Notes: generated by a model not told the origin, from the letters alone. 64,000 nt of DNA from Gammaproteobacteria bacterium (GCA_035279405.1 DATEHU010000034.1:192175-256174); one strand, 5' to 3'; shown: positions 12,543 to 22,863, counted from the first letter of the stretch. Translations and numbers: made by a program.

Positions 12543-14885
12543 TCAATAAGCCCTCATCGAATAAGGCCGGCTGGCAGGCGAGGTCGCCCAAGTTTTGTTC
12601 GGCGTCGCCTGCATTACAAAGCGCAGCACACCGCCTGACATGATTTCGTCCTCGCGGATATAGCTGCGGTTCAACGGTTTGCCGTTCATACTGACCGCGC
12701 CCACGTAGGGGTGCGCGTCGTCCAAGTTGTCGGCTATGACGGTAAATTGCCGACCGTTCGGCAGGTGCAGCGTGGCGCGCCGTACGAACGGCCGGCCGAT
12801 CACGTATTCGTTGCTGGCGGGTGCGACGGGATAGAAACCCAAGGCGGTGAAGATGTACCACGCCGACATCTGCCCCAAGTCGTCGTTGCCGACCAGGCCC
12901 GTCGGTGTCGGTGCGTACTGGCTGTTCATGATTTGCGCGAGACGCTGCTGGGTTTTCCACGGCTCGCCCGCGTAATCGTACAGGTACGCAATGTGATGGC
13001 TGGGTTCGTTGCCGTGCGCATACCAGCCGATGAGCCCGGTCACGTCCTCGAGTTTGGCAAAGACCTTGGGATTGATTTTGGCGTCGAACACCTGATCCAG
13101 CTTGGAGACCAGTCCGGCGTCACCACCGAGTTCATGAATCAGACCGCCGATATCCTGCGGTTCGTACCACGAGTACTGCCACGAATTACCTTCAGTGAAA
13201 CCGCTGCCCGCACCGGCGGCGGCGGGATCGAAGGGTTCGCGGAATTTCCCATTCGCAAGCCGGGGCTGCGCGAAGCCGGTCTTCGGATTGAACACGTTGC
13301 GCCAGTTTTCGGCGCGCTTGAAAAACTTCGCCGCTATTTTCTTGTGGCCCATGGCTTGCGCCATCCGCGCCAGTGTCCAGTCGTCGAAGGCGTATTCCAG
13401 TGTCTTGGAAACCGACTCGGGTTCGCGGTCGCTGGGCACGTAACCGAATTTCATGTAGTCGCCGAGATCGCCGTACGGCGCATAGGTGGCGCTCGCGATC
13501 ATTGCCTGCAACGCGGCATTCGCGTCGAAGCCGCGGAAACCCTGCATGTAGAAGTTGGCGATCACCGGTACCGCGTGGTAGCCGATCATGCACCAGGTTT
13601 CCAGGCCCTCGTAGGCCCACACCGGCAGGATGCCGAACGGGCTTTCCTGTTGTGCCGCGATCAGCGAGTCCGCAAAATCGTTGATGCGCTGTGGCGGCTG
13701 CAGGAACGCCATTAAAGGCATTTCCGCGCGATACACATCCCACAGCGACCAGCTCGAATAGAAGGTAAATCCTTTGGCGGTATGCACCGCGTGATCTGGG
13801 CCCCGGTATTCGCCGTTCACGTCCATCGAGACATTGGGCGAGATCAGCGCGTGGTACATCGCGGTGTAGAAACTCTTCTCGATGTCCGGCGGCGCCTCCA
13901 CGTCAATCGCCGAAAGCGCCTTTATCCATGCCGCCCGCGCCTCGGCGCGGCGTGCGTCGAAGTCCCAGCCTTGGCCGTCGGCATCGAGGTTCGCGATCGC
14001 GTTGGCTGCGCTGACGGTGGAAATCGCCACCTTTACCAGCAGCGGACTCGTGAGTTTGCCGAACTCGAACGCGCCTTCGAGCTGTTTGCCTGCAATCGCA
14101 TCCACACCCGTCGGGTCGGGCGCCGGCCCTTTGAAACCCTGGTACACGATATTTTGTTCGCGATTCACCAGTTCGTGGGACTTGAGCGGTTGTGAGAAGC
14201 GGATCGCAAAATACAATTGCCGCCCCGGCGCCCAGCCACGCGTTTCGCGGTAGCCGGTGACGGTGCCATCGGCGCGCACCCGCAGCCGCGCCCACAGCAC
14301 CTTGCCGGGGTAATCGTAGATACTCGGGCGCAGGTCCAGCAGTACGTGTGCGGTTTGGTCTTTCGGGAAGGTGTAACGATGCCAGCCGACGCGCCGGCCG
14401 GCGGTAAGTTCCACGCGTACGCCGCTGGTCGCGAGCGTCACCGCGTAGTAACCGGGTTGCGCGGTCTCGGTCCTGTGGCTGAAATCCGCACGGTAGCCGC
14501 TGCCCGGCTTGTCCGGGTTACCCGGGTCCCATTCAATCTTGCCCACGCCCGGCATCAACAGCACGTCACCGAGATCGGAATGGCCGCTGCCGGAAAAATG
14601 CGTTTCGGAAAAACCGAGGATGCTGTGATCGCCGTATTGATAACCTGCCGCCCATGCATAAGCGTGCTTGAAATCGGGCATCGCGGTATCGGGACTCAAC
14701 TGGATCATCCCGAAGGGCACCGTGGCGCCGGGGAAGGTGTGGCCGCCGCCACCAGTGCCGATGAATGGATTTACGGAATCATAGGCCTGGCTGGCAGCGG
14801 ACGCGGCGTAGGCCGGGAGCGTGACGGCGGCCAGCAGGATCACGACTCCGAAGCATGAAGTGGCGTGAAAAATGCGCGTGCGCAT
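12543..14885 (-). CDS. GH92 family alpha-mannosidase (secreted)
   Basis: NPFIGTGGGGHTFPGATVPFGMIQLSPDT signature, signal peptide MRTRIFHATSCFGVVILLAAVTLPAYA, and GAAGAGGA upstream of the ATG at 14885. The ORF-track extension to 15095 is rejected. Confidence 0.92.
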   Translation of the reverse strand: MRTRIFHATSCFGVVILLAAVTLPAYAASAASQAYDSVNPFIGTGGGGHTFPGATVPFGMIQLSPDTAMPDFKHAYAWAAGYQYGDHSILGFSETHFSGSGHSDLGDVLLMPGVGKIEWDPGNPDKPGSGYRADFSHRTETAQPGYYAVTLATSGVRVELTAGRRVGWHRYTFPKDQTAHVLLDLRPSIYDYPGKVLWARLRVRADGTVTGYRETRGWAPGRQLYFAIRFSQPLKSHELVNREQNIVYQGFKGPAPDPTGVDAIAGKQLEGAFEFGKLTSPLLVKVAISTVSAANAIANLDADGQGWDFDARRAEARAAWIKALSAIDVEAPPDIEKSFYTAMYHALISPNVSMDVNGEYRGPDHAVHTAKGFTFYSSWSLWDVYRAEMPLMAFLQPPQRINDFADSLIAAQQESPFGILPVWAYEGLETWCMIGYHAVPVIANFYMQGFRGFDANAALQAMIASATYAPYGDLGDYMKFGYVPSDREPESVSKTLEYAFDDWTLARMAQAMGHKKIAAKFFKRAENWRNVFNPKTGFAQPRLANGKFREPFDPAAAGAGSGFTEGNSWQYSWYEPQDIGGLIHELGGDAGLVSKLDQVFDAKINPKVFAKLEDVTGLIGWYAHGNEPSHHIAYLYDYAGEPWKTQQRLAQIMNSQYAPTPTGLVGNDDLGQMSAWYIFTALGFYPVAPASNEYVIGRPFVRRATLHLPNGRQFTVIADNLDDAHPYVGAVSMNGKPLNRSYIREDEIMSGGVLRFVMQATPNKTWATSPASRPYSMRAY

Positions 14886-15002
14886 GTTGTGATTCCTCTT
14901 CAGATTCCGCATCCCGGCGAGGGTTTGAAACACGGGGCAATCATAATATAGTGCTGCCCGCCCTTCTGGCCCATTCGGGCGGCTCAGCGGAATCACTGCC
15001 AT

Positions 15003-16286
15003 ATGAACAAAAACCGCCTGGCATTCGGCGTAGTGACCGCCGTGTTCTTCATGTGGGGCTTCATCACAGTACTCAACGATGTGCTGGTGCCACACCTGAA
15101 ATCGGTGTTCGCGCTCGATTACACCCAGATCATGCTGATCCAGTTCACATTCTTCGGTGCTTACTTTCTCATGTCGCTGCCCGCCGGCAAGGTCGTCGCG
15201 GTATGTGGTTACAAGAACAGCATCATCGTCGGCCTGTGCGTGGCGGGATTGGGCGCACTGCTGTTCTATCCGGCGGCGGCGATGCCTTCCTACGGCATGT
15301 TCCTTGGCGCGCTGTTCGTGCTGGCCAGCGGCATTACCTTATTGCAAGTGGCGGCCAACCCGTATGTGAGCCTGCTGGGTGCGCCGCGCGGTGCACCCAG
15401 CAGGCTCAACCTGTCGCAGGCATTTAATTCATTGGGTACGGCCCTGGCGCCCAAGTTTGGAGGCTTGCTGTTGTTGTCCGGCGCGGTGTTGAGCAGCGCG
15501 GCGCTTGCCAAACTCAGTGCTCCGCAGCAGCTGGCTTATCAATTACAGCAGGCGCGTGCGGTCCAGGGTCCGTACATCGGCATCGCCGTGGCTTTGTTCG
15601 TGCTCGCGCTGATTGTGTATCTGTTTCACCTGCCGGCGGTGGGTATCGCGGAAAATCGCAGTGCCGAGCCTGAACATCCATTCCGCGCCGCCTTGCGTCA
15701 CCGGCATCTGCTGTTTGGTGTGCCGGCGATCTTCCTGTACGTCGGGGCGGAAGTTTCCATCGGCAGCTTCATGATCAATTACATTTCATTACCCGGCATC
15801 GGCAATATGCCGGAGGTCAGGGCGGCGGGTTTCGTTTCGCTCTACTGGGGCGGCGCGATGATCGGGCGATTCATCGGTTCGGCGCTGTTGCAACGCATTG
15901 ACGCGCGCAAACTGCTGGGCATCTATGCTTGCATTGCCGCACTCCTGGTGGTTGCCAGCATGTTGAGTCATGACATGACGGCGGTATGGAGCATCGTCGG
16001 CATCGGCCTGTTCAATTCCATCATGTTTCCGAATATCTTCACGCTCAGCATCGAGGGTCTCGGCCCTCTGACCAGCCGCGGCTCGAGCTTGTTGATCATG
16101 GCCATCGTGGGCGGCGCGGTCATCCCGGAACTGCAGGGTGTTCTGGCTGACCATATCGGTGTGCATCATGCTTTCCTGCTCCCGCTGTTGTGTTATCTCT
16201 ACATAGTGTTCTACGGCTTCCGGGGCTCGAAGCCTGATCTAAAGACATCGCTGGCCACACCGGCGGAGCCGCCTGCCCATGCCTAG
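15003..16286 (+). CDS. MFS sugar transporter, FucP/GluP (glucose/galactose/mannose) type
   Basis: FFMWGFITVLNDVLVPHLKSVF...MLIQFTFFGAYFLMSLPAG is typical of the GluP/FucP subfamily, with 12 predicted TM. Confidence 0.9.
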   Translation: MNKNRLAFGVVTAVFFMWGFITVLNDVLVPHLKSVFALDYTQIMLIQFTFFGAYFLMSLPAGKVVAVCGYKNSIIVGLCVAGLGALLFYPAAAMPSYGMFLGALFVLASGITLLQVAANPYVSLLGAPRGAPSRLNLSQAFNSLGTALAPKFGGLLLLSGAVLSSAALAKLSAPQQLAYQLQQARAVQGPYIGIAVALFVLALIVYLFHLPAVGIAENRSAEPEHPFRAALRHRHLLFGVPAIFLYVGAEVSIGSFMINYISLPGIGNMPEVRAAGFVSLYWGGAMIGRFIGSALLQRIDARKLLGIYACIAALLVVASMLSHDMTAVWSIVGIGLFNSIMFPNIFTLSIEGLGPLTSRGSSLLIMAIVGGAVIPELQGVLADHIGVHHAFLLPLLCYLYIVFYGFRGSKPDLKTSLATPAEPPAHA

Positions 16287-17259
16287 CGTGGTGTGTTTTG
16301 GCGAAGCCCTGGTGGATTTGCTCGCCGAACCTTCCATGGAATCGGGCGCACCGCAGCGCTTCGTGCGCTACGCGGGCGGTGCGCCCGCTAATGTTGCGGT
16401 GGCGGTGGCCAGACTCGGTACACCGGCGGCCTTTGTGGGCATGTTGGCCGAAGATTCGTTCGGGGATTTCCTGCTGGAAAGTCTGCGGGCAGCGGGCGTA
16501 TCCACCGAGCATGTGGTACGCACGCGCGCGGCCCATACCGCCCTGGCGTTCGTGTCGCTGGATGCGAAGGGCGAACGCCAGTTCAGCTTTTACCGACCAC
16601 CGGCGGCGGACCTGTTGTTCCGCTCACACCATTTCCATGGCGCCTGTTTTGCCGAAGCTGCCGTATTTCACGCCTGCTCCAACAGCCTGACGGAAGCGGC
16701 GATTGCTGATGTCACCCTCGAGGGCATGCGGCGCGCACAAACGGCCGGGGCGTTGGTGAGCTTCGATATGAACCTGCGCCTGAACCTGTGGCCCGAAAGC
16801 ACCGACCCGCGTCCGCGCATCTGGCAGGCCTTGCACGCTGCCGAACTGGTGAAACTGAGTGCCGCAGAGCTGGCATTCCTGGCTGAACCGCTGGGGGGCG
16901 AAGCCGCGGTGTTCGATAAACTGTGGCGCGGGCGCACTCAATGGGTGTGGGTCACCAACGCAGCGGCGCCGATAAGGCATTTCACGCGCTCCGGCAGCAT
17001 CACTCTGCCGGCATTTGCCGTGCAGACCGTAAACGCCACAGCCGCGGGTGATGCGTTTGTAGGCGGAATGCTGAGCTGGCTGGTGCGAGATAAGGTGAGC
17101 GCCGCCGGGTTGACGGACTGGCTCGCGGGTGCGACGCGCATGCAAAACGCACTGCGTTTTGCCGCCGCCTGCGGCGCGCTTGCAGTCACGCGTCATGGAG
17201 CCTTTGAATCCATGCCGACGTTGGCCGAAGTGCAGCAATTCCTCGCGGAACATTCATGA
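16279..17259 (+). CDS. PfkB-family carbohydrate kinase (fructokinase-like)
   Basis: N-terminal CFGEALVDLL, GGAPANVAVAVARLG and the AAGDAFVGG motif. Start overlaps the MFS stop. Confidence 0.87.
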   Translation: MPSVVCFGEALVDLLAEPSMESGAPQRFVRYAGGAPANVAVAVARLGTPAAFVGMLAEDSFGDFLLESLRAAGVSTEHVVRTRAAHTALAFVSLDAKGERQFSFYRPPAADLLFRSHHFHGACFAEAAVFHACSNSLTEAAIADVTLEGMRRAQTAGALVSFDMNLRLNLWPESTDPRPRIWQALHAAELVKLSAAELAFLAEPLGGEAAVFDKLWRGRTQWVWVTNAAAPIRHFTRSGSITLPAFAVQTVNATAAGDAFVGGMLSWLVRDKVSAAGLTDWLAGATRMQNALRFAAACGALAVTRHGAFESMPTLAEVQQFLAEHS

Positions 17260-18443
17260 GTATGCAGCCGGATTTCCATTCACCCGATTTTCTGCGCACA
17301 CACATCGCCAGCATCATGGCCTTCTATCATCCCCGCGCCATAGATCCCGCCGGCGGATTTTTCCATTACTTCAAGGATGACGGCAGCGTGTATGACACGC
17401 ATCATCGGCATCTGGTGAGCAGCACACGCTTTGTCTTCAACTATGCCATGGCGTACCGCGAATTCGGCAATCCGGCTTACCTCGATGCGGCAATCCATGG
17501 CGTGCGTTATCTGCGCGAGGTGCACCGCGACGCACGCACGGGCGGTTATGCCTGGACGCTCAGCGATGGCCGCGCGGAAGATCGCACCAATCATTGCTAT
17601 GGGCTTGCTTTCGTGTTGCTGGCTTACGCCTGCGCGTTCAGGGTGGATATGCCGCAGTCCCACGGCTGGATGGAGGAAACCTGGAAGCTGCTGGAGAAAT
17701 ATTTCTGGGACGCTCAGGCCGGGCTGTACCGCGATGAAGCCGATGCAGACTGGAATTTCAGCAATTACCGCGGCCAGAATGCCAACATGCACATGTGTGA
17801 AGCGATGCTCGCAGCTTTCGAGGCCAGCTCGGAAGCGCGCTACCTGGAGCGTGCCTGCACGCTGGCCGACCACATGACACGCCGCCAGGCGCGCAAAGCC
17901 GGGGGGTTGGTGTGGGAGCACCATGATGAAAACTGGAACCCTGACTGGGAATACAACCGCGACAACCCCAAGCACCTGTTTCGCCCCTGGGGTTTTCAGC
18001 CTGGCCATCAGACGGAGTGGGCCAAGTTGCTGTTGATCCTGGAACGGCACCGGCCGGAGCCGTGGCTGCTGCCGCGCGCGCGTGAACTCTTCGATGTGGC
18101 CCTGAGCCGTTCCTGGGATCATGAATTCGAGGGCATGTACTACGGATTTGACCCCGAGGGCAAACCCTGCGACACCGACAAATACTTCTGGGTGCAAGCC
18201 GAAACTCTCACGGCGGCGGCGCTGCTTGCGGCGCGCACTGGCGAGGCGCAATACTGGAGCTGGTATGGCCGGATCTGGTCGTACGCGTGGCGCCATTTCG
18301 TGGATCATGAATACGGCGGCTGGTACCGAATCCTGGACCGCGAGAACCACAAATACAGCGATGAGAAAAGTCCCGCCGGCAAATGCGATTACCACACCAT
18401 GGGCGCGTGCTATGAGGTGCTCAGGGTGTTGCGCAAGCTCTGA
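17256..18443 (+). CDS. AGE-family epimerase/isomerase (N-acylglucosamine 2-epimerase / mannose isomerase family)
   Basis: (alpha/alpha)6-barrel family motifs RGQNANMH and GHQTEW, with YihS-like length. ATGA overlap with the kinase stop. Confidence 0.85.
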   Translation: MSMQPDFHSPDFLRTHIASIMAFYHPRAIDPAGGFFHYFKDDGSVYDTHHRHLVSSTRFVFNYAMAYREFGNPAYLDAAIHGVRYLREVHRDARTGGYAWTLSDGRAEDRTNHCYGLAFVLLAYACAFRVDMPQSHGWMEETWKLLEKYFWDAQAGLYRDEADADWNFSNYRGQNANMHMCEAMLAAFEASSEARYLERACTLADHMTRRQARKAGGLVWEHHDENWNPDWEYNRDNPKHLFRPWGFQPGHQTEWAKLLLILERHRPEPWLLPRARELFDVALSRSWDHEFEGMYYGFDPEGKPCDTDKYFWVQAETLTAAALLAARTGEAQYWSWYGRIWSYAWRHFVDHEYGGWYRILDRENHKYSDEKSPAGKCDYHTMGACYEVLRVLRKL

Positions 18444-18475
18444 GCAATCAGCTTGTGGTTAACGGGGGTTTTGTT

Positions 18476-19873
18476 ATGCGCCTTTCTGTGAAAATTTTGC
18501 TCCCGATCATCGCGCTACTGCTGCACTGTGCAGGCGTCGCGCAGACGCCGCCCGCCACGACCATGAGCAACGCAGAAGCGCGGCGCATGGCAGCGCGCGT
18601 TAAGGCGGAGTTTCTGCACGCCTGGTACGGCTACAAGCGTTATGCCTGGGGACATGATGCACTGCGGCCCTTGAGCAAGCGGCCGTTCGACTGGTATGGG
18701 CCCGGGCAGTCATTGCTGATGACACCAGTGGATGCGCTGGACACGCTGGTGCTCATGGGCCTGAAAAAGCAGGCCGCCGAGGATCGCGCGTTGATTGATA
18801 CCAAACTAGATTTCAACAAGGACATCTACGTCAAGGTGTTTGAAGTCAACATCCGCCTGCTGGGCGGGCTGCTGTCGGGCTACGAGCTGACCGGGGACCG
18901 GCGATTGCTGGCGTTGGCGGACGACCTCGGCACCCACCTGCTGCCGGCGTTCAATTCGCCGACCGGACTGCCGTACCGCTACGTGAACCTGCGCACCGGC
19001 GCGGTGCGCGGCGTGGACTCCAATCCCGCGGAAACCGGCACGCTGCTCCTGGAATTCGGCACGCTCAGCAAACTCACCGGTAATCCGGTGTTCTATGCCA
19101 AAGCCAAGCGCGCACTGGTGGAAACCTTCAAGCGCCGCTCGCCCATCGGGCTGGTGGGCGACGGCATCAACGTGGAAACCGGCCAGTGGACCGATGACGA
19201 TTCGCACATCAGCGGCGGCATTGATTCGTATTACGAATACCAGCTCAAATGCTGGAAGCTGTTTGGCGATGAAGACTGTCAGCGCATGTGGCTGACCAGC
19301 ATCGCCGCCGTGGACAAGTACCTGGCCGACGAACGCGACAGCGAGCTATGGTACGGCCATGCAAACATGTACACCGGCAAGCGCACCGCCACGGAATACG
19401 GCGCGCTGGATGCCTATTTCCCCGCGGAACTGGTGCTGTCAGGCGATCTTGTTCAAGCCCGGCGCTTGCAAGCTTCGTCTTTCAGGATGTGGAACCTCTA
19501 CAGCATCGAGCCCGATACACTGAATTACCGCACCATGCAAATCGTGGATCCGGAATATCCACTGCGCCCGGAAATCGTCGAATCCACCTATTATCTGTAC
19601 CACTACACCCGCGATCCTTATTACCGCCTCATGGGTAAACGCATGTTCGACGAGTTCGTGAAATACTGCCGCACGAATGACGGCTATGCCGCGCTCGCCA
19701 GCGTCATCACCAAGCAGAAAACCGACGCCATGGAAAGCTATGTATTCGCGGAGACTTTCAAGTATTTCTACCTGCTGTTTGCGCCGCCGCAAACGCTGGA
19801 TTTCAACCGCGTGATTTTCAATACCGAAGGCCACTCGCTGCGGCGCGATCCGCAACCCGTGCCTCAATCATGA
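18476..19873 (+). CDS. GH47 family class I alpha-1,2-mannosidase (secreted)
   Basis: AWGHDALRPLS and VFEVNIRLLGGLLSGYELTGD motifs, with signal peptide MRLSVKILLPIIALLLHCAGVAQ. The ORF track starts at GTG 18455. Confidence 0.87.
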   Translation: MRLSVKILLPIIALLLHCAGVAQTPPATTMSNAEARRMAARVKAEFLHAWYGYKRYAWGHDALRPLSKRPFDWYGPGQSLLMTPVDALDTLVLMGLKKQAAEDRALIDTKLDFNKDIYVKVFEVNIRLLGGLLSGYELTGDRRLLALADDLGTHLLPAFNSPTGLPYRYVNLRTGAVRGVDSNPAETGTLLLEFGTLSKLTGNPVFYAKAKRALVETFKRRSPIGLVGDGINVETGQWTDDDSHISGGIDSYYEYQLKCWKLFGDEDCQRMWLTSIAAVDKYLADERDSELWYGHANMYTGKRTATEYGALDAYFPAELVLSGDLVQARRLQASSFRMWNLYSIEPDTLNYRTMQIVDPEYPLRPEIVESTYYLYHYTRDPYYRLMGKRMFDEFVKYCRTNDGYAALASVITKQKTDAMESYVFAETFKYFYLLFAPPQTLDFNRVIFNTEGHSLRRDPQPVPQS

Positions 19874-20562
19874 AGACGCTCGCCCTCATCGGCGGCATGA
19901 GCTGGGAATCCACAGCGCATTACTACGCGCGCATCAACCAGTTGGTGGCGGAGCGCCTGGGTGGATTGCATTCAGCGCGGCTGCTGCTCTACAGCCTCGA
20001 TTTCGACGTATTGCAGCGCCTGCAGCATGCCGATGACTGGGCCGGCGCGGCCCGTCTGCTGGTGGATGCAGCCAAACGCCTGGAGCGCGCCGGCGCCGAA
20101 GGGTTGGTAATCTGCGCCAACACCATGCATCTCGTGGCGCCCGAGATCGAAACCGTTGTGAAATTGCCGCTCATTCACGTAGCCGATGGCACGGCCAAGG
20201 CGGTCAAGGATCGGGGCATCCGCACCGTAGCTTTACTCGGCACCCGTTTCACCATGGAGAAGGATTTTTACCAGCTGCGCCTGGAGCAGCACGGCTTGCG
20301 TGTGCTGATTCCGGATACCGATGACCGCGAGGTGCTGCATCGCATGATTTACGCGGAGCTGTGCAAGGGCGTGGTACGGAAGGAATCGCGCCAGGCGTTC
20401 TTCGGCGTAATCCGCCGTCTTGCGGCGGCGGGCGCCGAAGGCGCCATTCTCGGCTGTACCGAGTTCACGCTGTTCGGCGGTTCGCCCGGCGCAGGCATCC
20501 CGCTGTTCGATACCACCGAGATTCACGCGCGCGCGGCGGTGGACTGGGCTTTGAGTGCTTGA
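19870..20562 (+). CDS. Aspartate/glutamate racemase family protein
   Basis: The N-terminus MKTLALIGGMSWESTAHYY and the later ILGCTEF motif are typical of the family. ATGA overlap with the GH47 stop. Confidence 0.88.
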   Translation: MKTLALIGGMSWESTAHYYARINQLVAERLGGLHSARLLLYSLDFDVLQRLQHADDWAGAARLLVDAAKRLERAGAEGLVICANTMHLVAPEIETVVKLPLIHVADGTAKAVKDRGIRTVALLGTRFTMEKDFYQLRLEQHGLRVLIPDTDDREVLHRMIYAELCKGVVRKESRQAFFGVIRRLAAAGAEGAILGCTEFTLFGGSPGAGIPLFDTTEIHARAAVDWALSA

Positions 20563-20665
20563 GGTTTGACGGCTAGCTCGGCGAAAACGCAATTATTCTG
20601 CTTGTCTGTGAGCGTGTAACAAAATATGTAGTGATAACTTACTCGGCATACCTGAATTCCCCCCT

Positions 20666-20689
20666 CACCCCCCTTTGCAAAGGGGGGTG
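20666..20689. repeat. Perfect 24-nt palindrome (PPLxKGG-type element / bidirectional hairpin) between convergent genes
   Basis: CACCCCCCTTTG|CAAAGGGGGGTG lies between the racemase (+) and acs (-) 3-prime ends. Confidence 0.6.
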
Positions 20690-20755
20690 CGTTTGGCGCG
20701 GGGGGATTTATCGCTGGTGTACATCTTGTTGGGAGCCCTAAGCAACTGATTAACG

Positions 20756-22792
20756 TCAGTGCTGTGCCACTTGAGCGCGGATTTTCTCCACCACTTCCGG
20801 ATTGGCGAGCGTGGTGATGTCGCCGGGGTCGCGGCCCGCCGAGAGCGCGGCGAGTACCCGGCGCATGATTTTTCCGGAACGCGTCTTGGGCATGTCGGGC
20901 ACAATCCACACGCGCCGCGGCCGGGCGATGGACCCGATTTCGGTCTCGATGGCTTTTGACACACGCTGCGCCATCGCATCGTTCGCGGCCGCGCCAGGTC
21001 TAAGTGACACATAGATTTCCGGTACACGACCTTTGACTTCGTCCGGCACCGGCACCACGGCGGCTTCGGCAACTTCCGCCACGGTCATGGCGGCGGATTC
21101 GATTTCCTTGGTGCCCAGGCGATGGCCGGCGACGTTGATCACGTCGTCAATGCGACCGAGCACCCGGTAATAACCGTCCGCGGCCTGGACTGCACCATCG
21201 CCCGGGAAATACGGCCAGTCCTCCCAGTTCTTGCTTTTCTTGTTTTTGCAGTAGCGCTCGAAATAGGTCTTCACGTAGCGATCCGGATCGCCCCAGATGG
21301 TCTGCATCAATCCCGGCCAGGGATTGCGGATGCAGAGATTGCCGGCGCGGCCGGTGCCCGGCGGAATCTCCGCGCCGTTGTCGTCGTAAATCACCGGATG
21401 CACGCCGGGCAGCGCGGGGCCGGCGCTACCGGCTTTCATGGCGCCAAGCGCGGGCAATGTCGAGATCAAATGCCCTCCGGTTTCGGTCTGCCACCAGGTG
21501 TCCACCACTGCCGCCTTGCCCTTGCCGACGACGTTGTAATACCAGCGCCAGCTTTCCGGCTCGATGGGCTCGCCCACGGTGCACATGAGTTTGAAATGGT
21601 GATTGTATTTCTTCGGTTCGTCCGGGCCCTCGCGACGCAGTGCGCGCACCGCGGTGGGCGAGGTGTGAAAGATATTGACGCCCAGTTGTTCAGCGATGCG
21701 CCACGGCCGGCCGGCGTCCGGGTAATTGGGCACGCCTTCGTACATGACCGACGAGGCGCCAAGCGCCAGCGGTCCGTACACGATGTAGGAATGGCCGGTG
21801 ATCCAGCCGATGTCGGCCATGCACCAGTACACGTCCTCGGGTTTCACATCCAGCACGTCCTTCGCGGTGCCGGTGCACCAGGCGAGATAGCCGCCGATCG
21901 CGTGCAGACAGCCCTTGGGCTTGCCGGTGGTGCCGCTCGAATACATGATGAACAGGCCGTCGGTGGCAGCGAGGCGCTCGGGCGCGACGCGCTGGCGCCG
22001 GTACTTCACCAGCACTTCGTTGACCGCGTGGTCACGGCCCGCGACCATCGGCGTCGCGGCCGAGTGTTTGCCGGGGTGGCGCTGCCACACCAGCACCTGG
22101 TCCACCTTCTGGCCTTGCTTCTGCGCGTCGCTGACCGCGATGTCGGCCTTCTCCTTGTGGTCCAGCAGCTTGCCGGCACGGTAATAGGCATCCATGGTGA
22201 TGAGCACGCGGCTCTGGGAATCCACGATGCGGTCGGCGCAGGCTTTGCCGGAAAAGCCGCTGAATACCTGCGAGTGGATCACGCCCAGACGCGCGCAGGC
22301 GAGCATGGTGATCACGGCTTCCACCGCCATTGGCATGTGCAACGTGACACGGTCGCCGCGCTTCAAATGGGAGAAATCGCGCAGCAGCGCGGCGAATTCG
22401 TTCACCCGCACCCACAGGTCCTGGTAGGTGATTGCGGCGATCGGTTCGCCCTCGGCGTCCGGCACGAAATACAGCGCCGCCTTGTTGCGGCGTTTCGCGA
22501 GGTGCCGGTCCACGCAGTTGTAGCAGGCGTTGAGTTCCCCGCCCACGAACCATTTCCAGAACGGCGCCTGCGAGCCGTCGAAGGTATGCGTCCAGTAACG
22601 GTCCCAGGAAAGCAGATCGGCGTAAGCACGGTAGCATTCGGGAAAGTTCTTCAGCGCCATGCGCTCGAACACTACCGGATCGGTCATGTTGGCCTGGCCG
22701 ATGAATTCCACCGGCGGCGGAATCAGCGGTTCCTCGCGCCAGTGGACCGCGATTTCGGCCTCGGAGAATTCGGTTTTCACATTGACAGCCAT
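20756..22792 (-). CDS. acs: Acetate--CoA ligase (AMP-forming acetyl-CoA synthetase family)
   Basis: YSSGTTGKPKG AMP-binding motif, WWQTETGG, and a C-terminal SGKIMRR motif. Start taken at MAVNVKTEF (the ORF track starts 6 codons upstream). Confidence 0.92.
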   Translation of the reverse strand: MAVNVKTEFSEAEIAVHWREEPLIPPPVEFIGQANMTDPVVFERMALKNFPECYRAYADLLSWDRYWTHTFDGSQAPFWKWFVGGELNACYNCVDRHLAKRRNKAALYFVPDAEGEPIAAITYQDLWVRVNEFAALLRDFSHLKRGDRVTLHMPMAVEAVITMLACARLGVIHSQVFSGFSGKACADRIVDSQSRVLITMDAYYRAGKLLDHKEKADIAVSDAQKQGQKVDQVLVWQRHPGKHSAATPMVAGRDHAVNEVLVKYRRQRVAPERLAATDGLFIMYSSGTTGKPKGCLHAIGGYLAWCTGTAKDVLDVKPEDVYWCMADIGWITGHSYIVYGPLALGASSVMYEGVPNYPDAGRPWRIAEQLGVNIFHTSPTAVRALRREGPDEPKKYNHHFKLMCTVGEPIEPESWRWYYNVVGKGKAAVVDTWWQTETGGHLISTLPALGAMKAGSAGPALPGVHPVIYDDNGAEIPPGTGRAGNLCIRNPWPGLMQTIWGDPDRYVKTYFERYCKNKKSKNWEDWPYFPGDGAVQAADGYYRVLGRIDDVINVAGHRLGTKEIESAAMTVAEVAEAAVVPVPDEVKGRVPEIYVSLRPGAAANDAMAQRVSKAIETEIGSIARPRRVWIVPDMPKTRSGKIMRRVLAALSAGRDPGDITTLANPEVVEKIRAQVAQH

Positions 22793-22863
22793 GACTGCAA
22801 CCTCCTGCATCCCAGGAATTTCTGCAATTATCTACGCGACTCGCGCGGCCTGCCACGCTGCCG

